From positions 27,794 through 91,793 of the forward strand of contig JAJZMC010000007.1 in assembly GCA_021803105.1 (NCBI GenBank): a DNA stretch of 64,000 nt, written 5' to 3'. Below are positions 63,701-64,000 of this stretch, one piece after another; the first letter of the stretch is position 1; every line of letters begins with the position of its first letter. Under the pieces are notes generated by a model. It had not been told where the DNA came from, did no database searches, and was given only the letters and a program-made list of their open reading frames with translations. The position numbers and the translations under genes were made by a program. This stretch comes from a bacterium (GTDB taxonomy: Bacteria; Patescibacteriota; Saccharimonadia; Saccharimonadales; UBA4665).

Positions 63701-64000
63701 TCCCTTAAACTCCAACGGCTCAGTCGGTACCTGGACCTCCACCACCGCCTTACCCCAAGCATTAGGTATTGCTACCTCCGTAGTCTACAACGGCTATGTT
63801 TATGAAATAGGAGGATATAACGGTACTGCTATTCAATCCACCGTCTACTACGCCCCCTTAAACTCCAACGGCTCAGTCGGTACCTGGACCTCCACCACCG
63901 CGTTGCCGCAGATTACATTTGTTGCCACTTCAGTAGTATATAATGATTATGTCTATGAGATAGGGGGTAGCAACGGTAGTGTTAATTATTCATCGGTCTA
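57798..64000 (+). CDS. giant membrane-anchored surface protein (>2,067 aa, 3' end outside the window): beta-helix/tail-fibre-like stalk plus at least 3 tandem six-bladed Kelch-type propellers
   Basis: It is absent from the ORF track because there is no stop in the window. Hand translation from ATG 57798 gives MPPNNDYSGLKTLED...KKLLISLIVILVIFLLSGSYAIY (the TM helix). This continues as NTALQGTLNVTGLVTLQGNVTITGTLNV... and then DLTGNYPSPTIAKLQGTTLTL.... I checked the same frame at 62400 (IYELGGYTNSLGYQSTVYYA) and at 63951 (VYEIGGSNGSVNYSSV). The only ORFs listed in this 6.2 kb are three short ones, either out of frame or antisense. Confidence 0.85.
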   Translation, partial: MPPNNDYSGLKTLEDSPNISSLNPITNSNYTKPKWYSLAYSSHKKLLISLIVILVIFLLSGSYAIYRLTANTKANTPVSIKNNINPTLPQSTNGLLPPKQQVLVVNSNLKVNANTALQGTLNVTGLVTLQGNVTITGTLNVLKNGTFKGNNTFSGTNTFTNNSTFSGPTNFTNTNNTFSGLTISNNGLVGGILKVASGSLVLGNPGTTLGSLSFSQTNSTNLSSLTISNPLSLGKVNYVLPSISGNSSDTICLANLRNCSAVGTSGGDLTGNYPSPTIAKLQGTTLTLSTPSTGQVLAYNGTAYINTLITNTNLTAGSYTNITGVGVLSSGSIASGFGPISTTNNISTTATINAGTLSVSGNSTLSGTLTVSGNSLLSSNLNVNGTSTLSGPLIANSTTLFKDLTNSTTAFQIQNANSANILTADTTTNTINLNGNLNLNQVSAPTTAPTVAINTTAGNLNSTYYYVYAYITPSGITNYSPVSSGVAPVSQQVNVTVSASSNNLVTGINIYRTIAGATNSGPFYLVNSTPLSNVSQTYVDNIADSSLGIASSDINNSANFKVNGSSVLIIDPNNYNTGVGLNVLKSNSTGLSNSAFGFNALESNITGSDNTAIGALALQSNTTGYSNTAIGLNALQLNTTGYQNTAVGFQSLQDNTTGVNNASLGYQALQANTTGYSNTAIGLNALQLNTTGYQNTAVGFQSLQDNTTGYSNTAVGLNTLQLNTTGYLNTALGLGALQSNTTGTYNTALGAGALQYNTTSGSNTAFGAQALQENTTGYNNTSVGMNALQLNTTGYLNTSLGLASLQSNTTGYTNTASGALALQGNTTGYQNTALGYSALYSNTTGGTNTALGQNALYANTSGNSNIAIGFGAGYTNTGANANTTGSNNTFLGYYSGPGTTTQLNNATAIGSNAVVDTSNSLVLGSISGVNGATASTNVGIGTTSPNAALEVTTGGGGVNNNGIYVYDSPNVGYSTLSVYNNWLDGHGGNNFQIQNASGSLFTVNNNGYVGIGTASPQDNLSIFGVQNYNSGLELNGNSSGGVGMSIENTSSGGHSYAILSGGAANGVGVGAFGIYDETTGAYRLTINPSGNVGIGTTSPTQTLDVVGNTLLQSATNSTTAFQVQNASGATILNTDSNPLTANNVGSTNWTTTSSLPKALYDGNSITYNGYIYEIAGFNSSSVYYAPINLDGSVSSWTTTTSLPQPLEGARVVTYNGYVYVMGGYNDSSGTVQSTVYYAQINLDGSIGTWLSATNLPQALWQPTAVVYNNYIYVIGGNNTTASTTDQSTVYYAPINSDGSVGTWTTTTALPQTLYGATSVIYNGYIYEIGGTNSTVVQSTVYYAPINSDGSVGTWTSTTALPQALQADNSVVYDGYIYELGGYNGSYQSSIIYYALINSNGSIGNWSTSPITLPQALYAASASVYNGYVYEMTGLNSSGVSQSAVYYTQLLNGSSSIEQGSLTLNAGTTITGPTTLQNTTNSNTALQVNNSNGGSILNVNSNPQTYTNAGITNWNSTSGLPQGINSSTSVSYNGYIYELGGYTNSLGYQSTVYYAPLNSNGSVGTGIYTTALPQALDGTASDVYNGYVYILGGQNSSNTIQSTVYYAPLNSNGSVGTWISTTALPQALSRSTSLVYNGYIYEFGGDNSAYQSTVYYAPLNSNGSVGTWISTTALPQSIDFISSDVYNGYVYILGGQNSSGAYQSTVYYAPLNSNGSVGTWISTTALPQTLRGATSSIYNGFIYEVGGDNGYTYNSTVYYAPLKSNGSVGTWNSTVYLPETVSYAASSIYNGYIYELGGGLSNGSIVPNVYYAQFLTGNSTLQGSLTFNASLNVSGPTVLQNAIDSVNAFQINNSTGGSILSVNSTPVTTTTAGTTAWNTTTNLPQALNSPTSVTYNGYIYELGGQETSGTIISTVEYAPLNSNGSVGAWTSTTALPQALWRATSVVYNGYIYEIGGDDAGIYQSTVYYAPLNSNGSVGTWTSTTALPQALGIATSVVYNGYVYEIGGYNGTAIQSTVYYAPLNSNGSVGTWTSTTALPQITFVATSVVYNDYVYEIGGSNGSVNYSSV
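59571..60480 (+). repeat. in-frame 51-nt (17-aa) tandem repeats, about 17 units, consensus (Y)xNTA(I/L)GxxALQxNTTG
   Basis: Example units: SDNTAIGALALQSNTTG, YSNTAIGLNALQLNTTG, YQNTAVGFQSLQDNTTG, VNNASLGYQALQANTTG and so on. The array contains a perfect 107-bp duplication (59658-59764 = 59811-59917), offset by 153 bp, which is 3 units. Confidence 0.9.
61240..64000 (+). repeat. in-frame ~150-156-nt Kelch-like blade repeats arranged as six-blade modules (61240-62150, 62331-63235, 63421->64000)
   Basis: The blade consensus is W(T/I)(S/T)TTALPQAL...S(V)VYNGY(I/V)YE(I/L)GG.N....QSTVYYAP(L/I)NS(N/D)GSVGT. The modules are separated by a linker motif, (T/V)LQN....S..A(L/F)Q(V/I)NNS.GGSIL.VNS, which also appears at ~59020 and ~61140. 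Confidence 0.88.

Noticed and set aside
61240-64000. Diversity-generating retroelement (DGR) targeting the variable blades
   Set aside because: The window has no reverse transcriptase gene and no template repeat with adenine-specific differences. The variation between blades is not restricted to A positions. Recombination or gene conversion explains the pattern better.

Overview
This is an AT-rich, gene-dense chromosome segment (roughly 30% G+C by eye). It uses the standard genetic code, since TGA serves as a stop for cyoD and the MazG-like gene. The gene content looks like a reduced-genome Patescibacteria/CPR organism of the Saccharibacteria (TM7) type; that placement is inference from gene content, not a search result.

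Layout from left to right:
(1) 1-8285: a compact aerobic respiratory module. It holds cyoABCDE (cyoE runs off the left edge), a polytopic membrane protein, an FAD-linked GlcD/D-lactate-dehydrogenase-type oxidase and NDH-2.
(2) 8285-24843: a UvrD/RecB-type helicase-nuclease, an aquaporin, a complete F1Fo ATP synthase operon (atpZ/I-B-E-F-H-A-G-D-C), glutaredoxin, a CobO-type adenosyltransferase, GT2 and glycosidase-like genes, smpB and tRNA-Asn.
(3) 24844-40408: a ~15.6 kb accessory island between tRNA-Asn and an IS/tRNA-Val. It carries a large serine recombinase, an XRE repressor with a palindromic operator, a replication-relaxation protein and a HaeIII/NgoPII-like type II R-M pair. It also holds a VirD4/TraD-like ATPase and a truncated paralog of it. 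A two-gene MazG-like/DUF2075-type nuclease-NTPase cassette, a candidate defence system, abuts that truncated copy.
(4) 38947-46727: two diverged copies of one IS type in opposite orientation. They bracket tRNA-Val, thrS, miaA, two small genes and rpmB.
(5) 46801-50524: an M50 protease, a candidate structured RNA, tRNA-Pro, a pterin-dehydratase/RNase H fusion, RNase P RNA and rplT-rpmI-infC with a hairpin-rich leader.
(6) 50765-64000: a putative cell-surface/host-contact locus. It comprises a structured leader, two small proteins, a 1005-aa VirD4/TraD-like ATPase and a 2-TM protein. It also holds a DUF11-repeat protein with an LVNTG sorting-like tail, then a 710-bp very AT-rich spacer.

The locus ends in a giant ORF of more than 2,060 codons that is absent from the ORF track because it runs off the right edge. 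This ORF encodes an N-terminal membrane anchor, a beta-helix/tail-fibre-like stalk with 17-residue repeats, and at least three tandem six-bladed Kelch-type propeller modules. Some repeat cores in those modules are nearly identical at the DNA level and unusually GC-rich.

No rRNA genes and no CRISPR array were seen.
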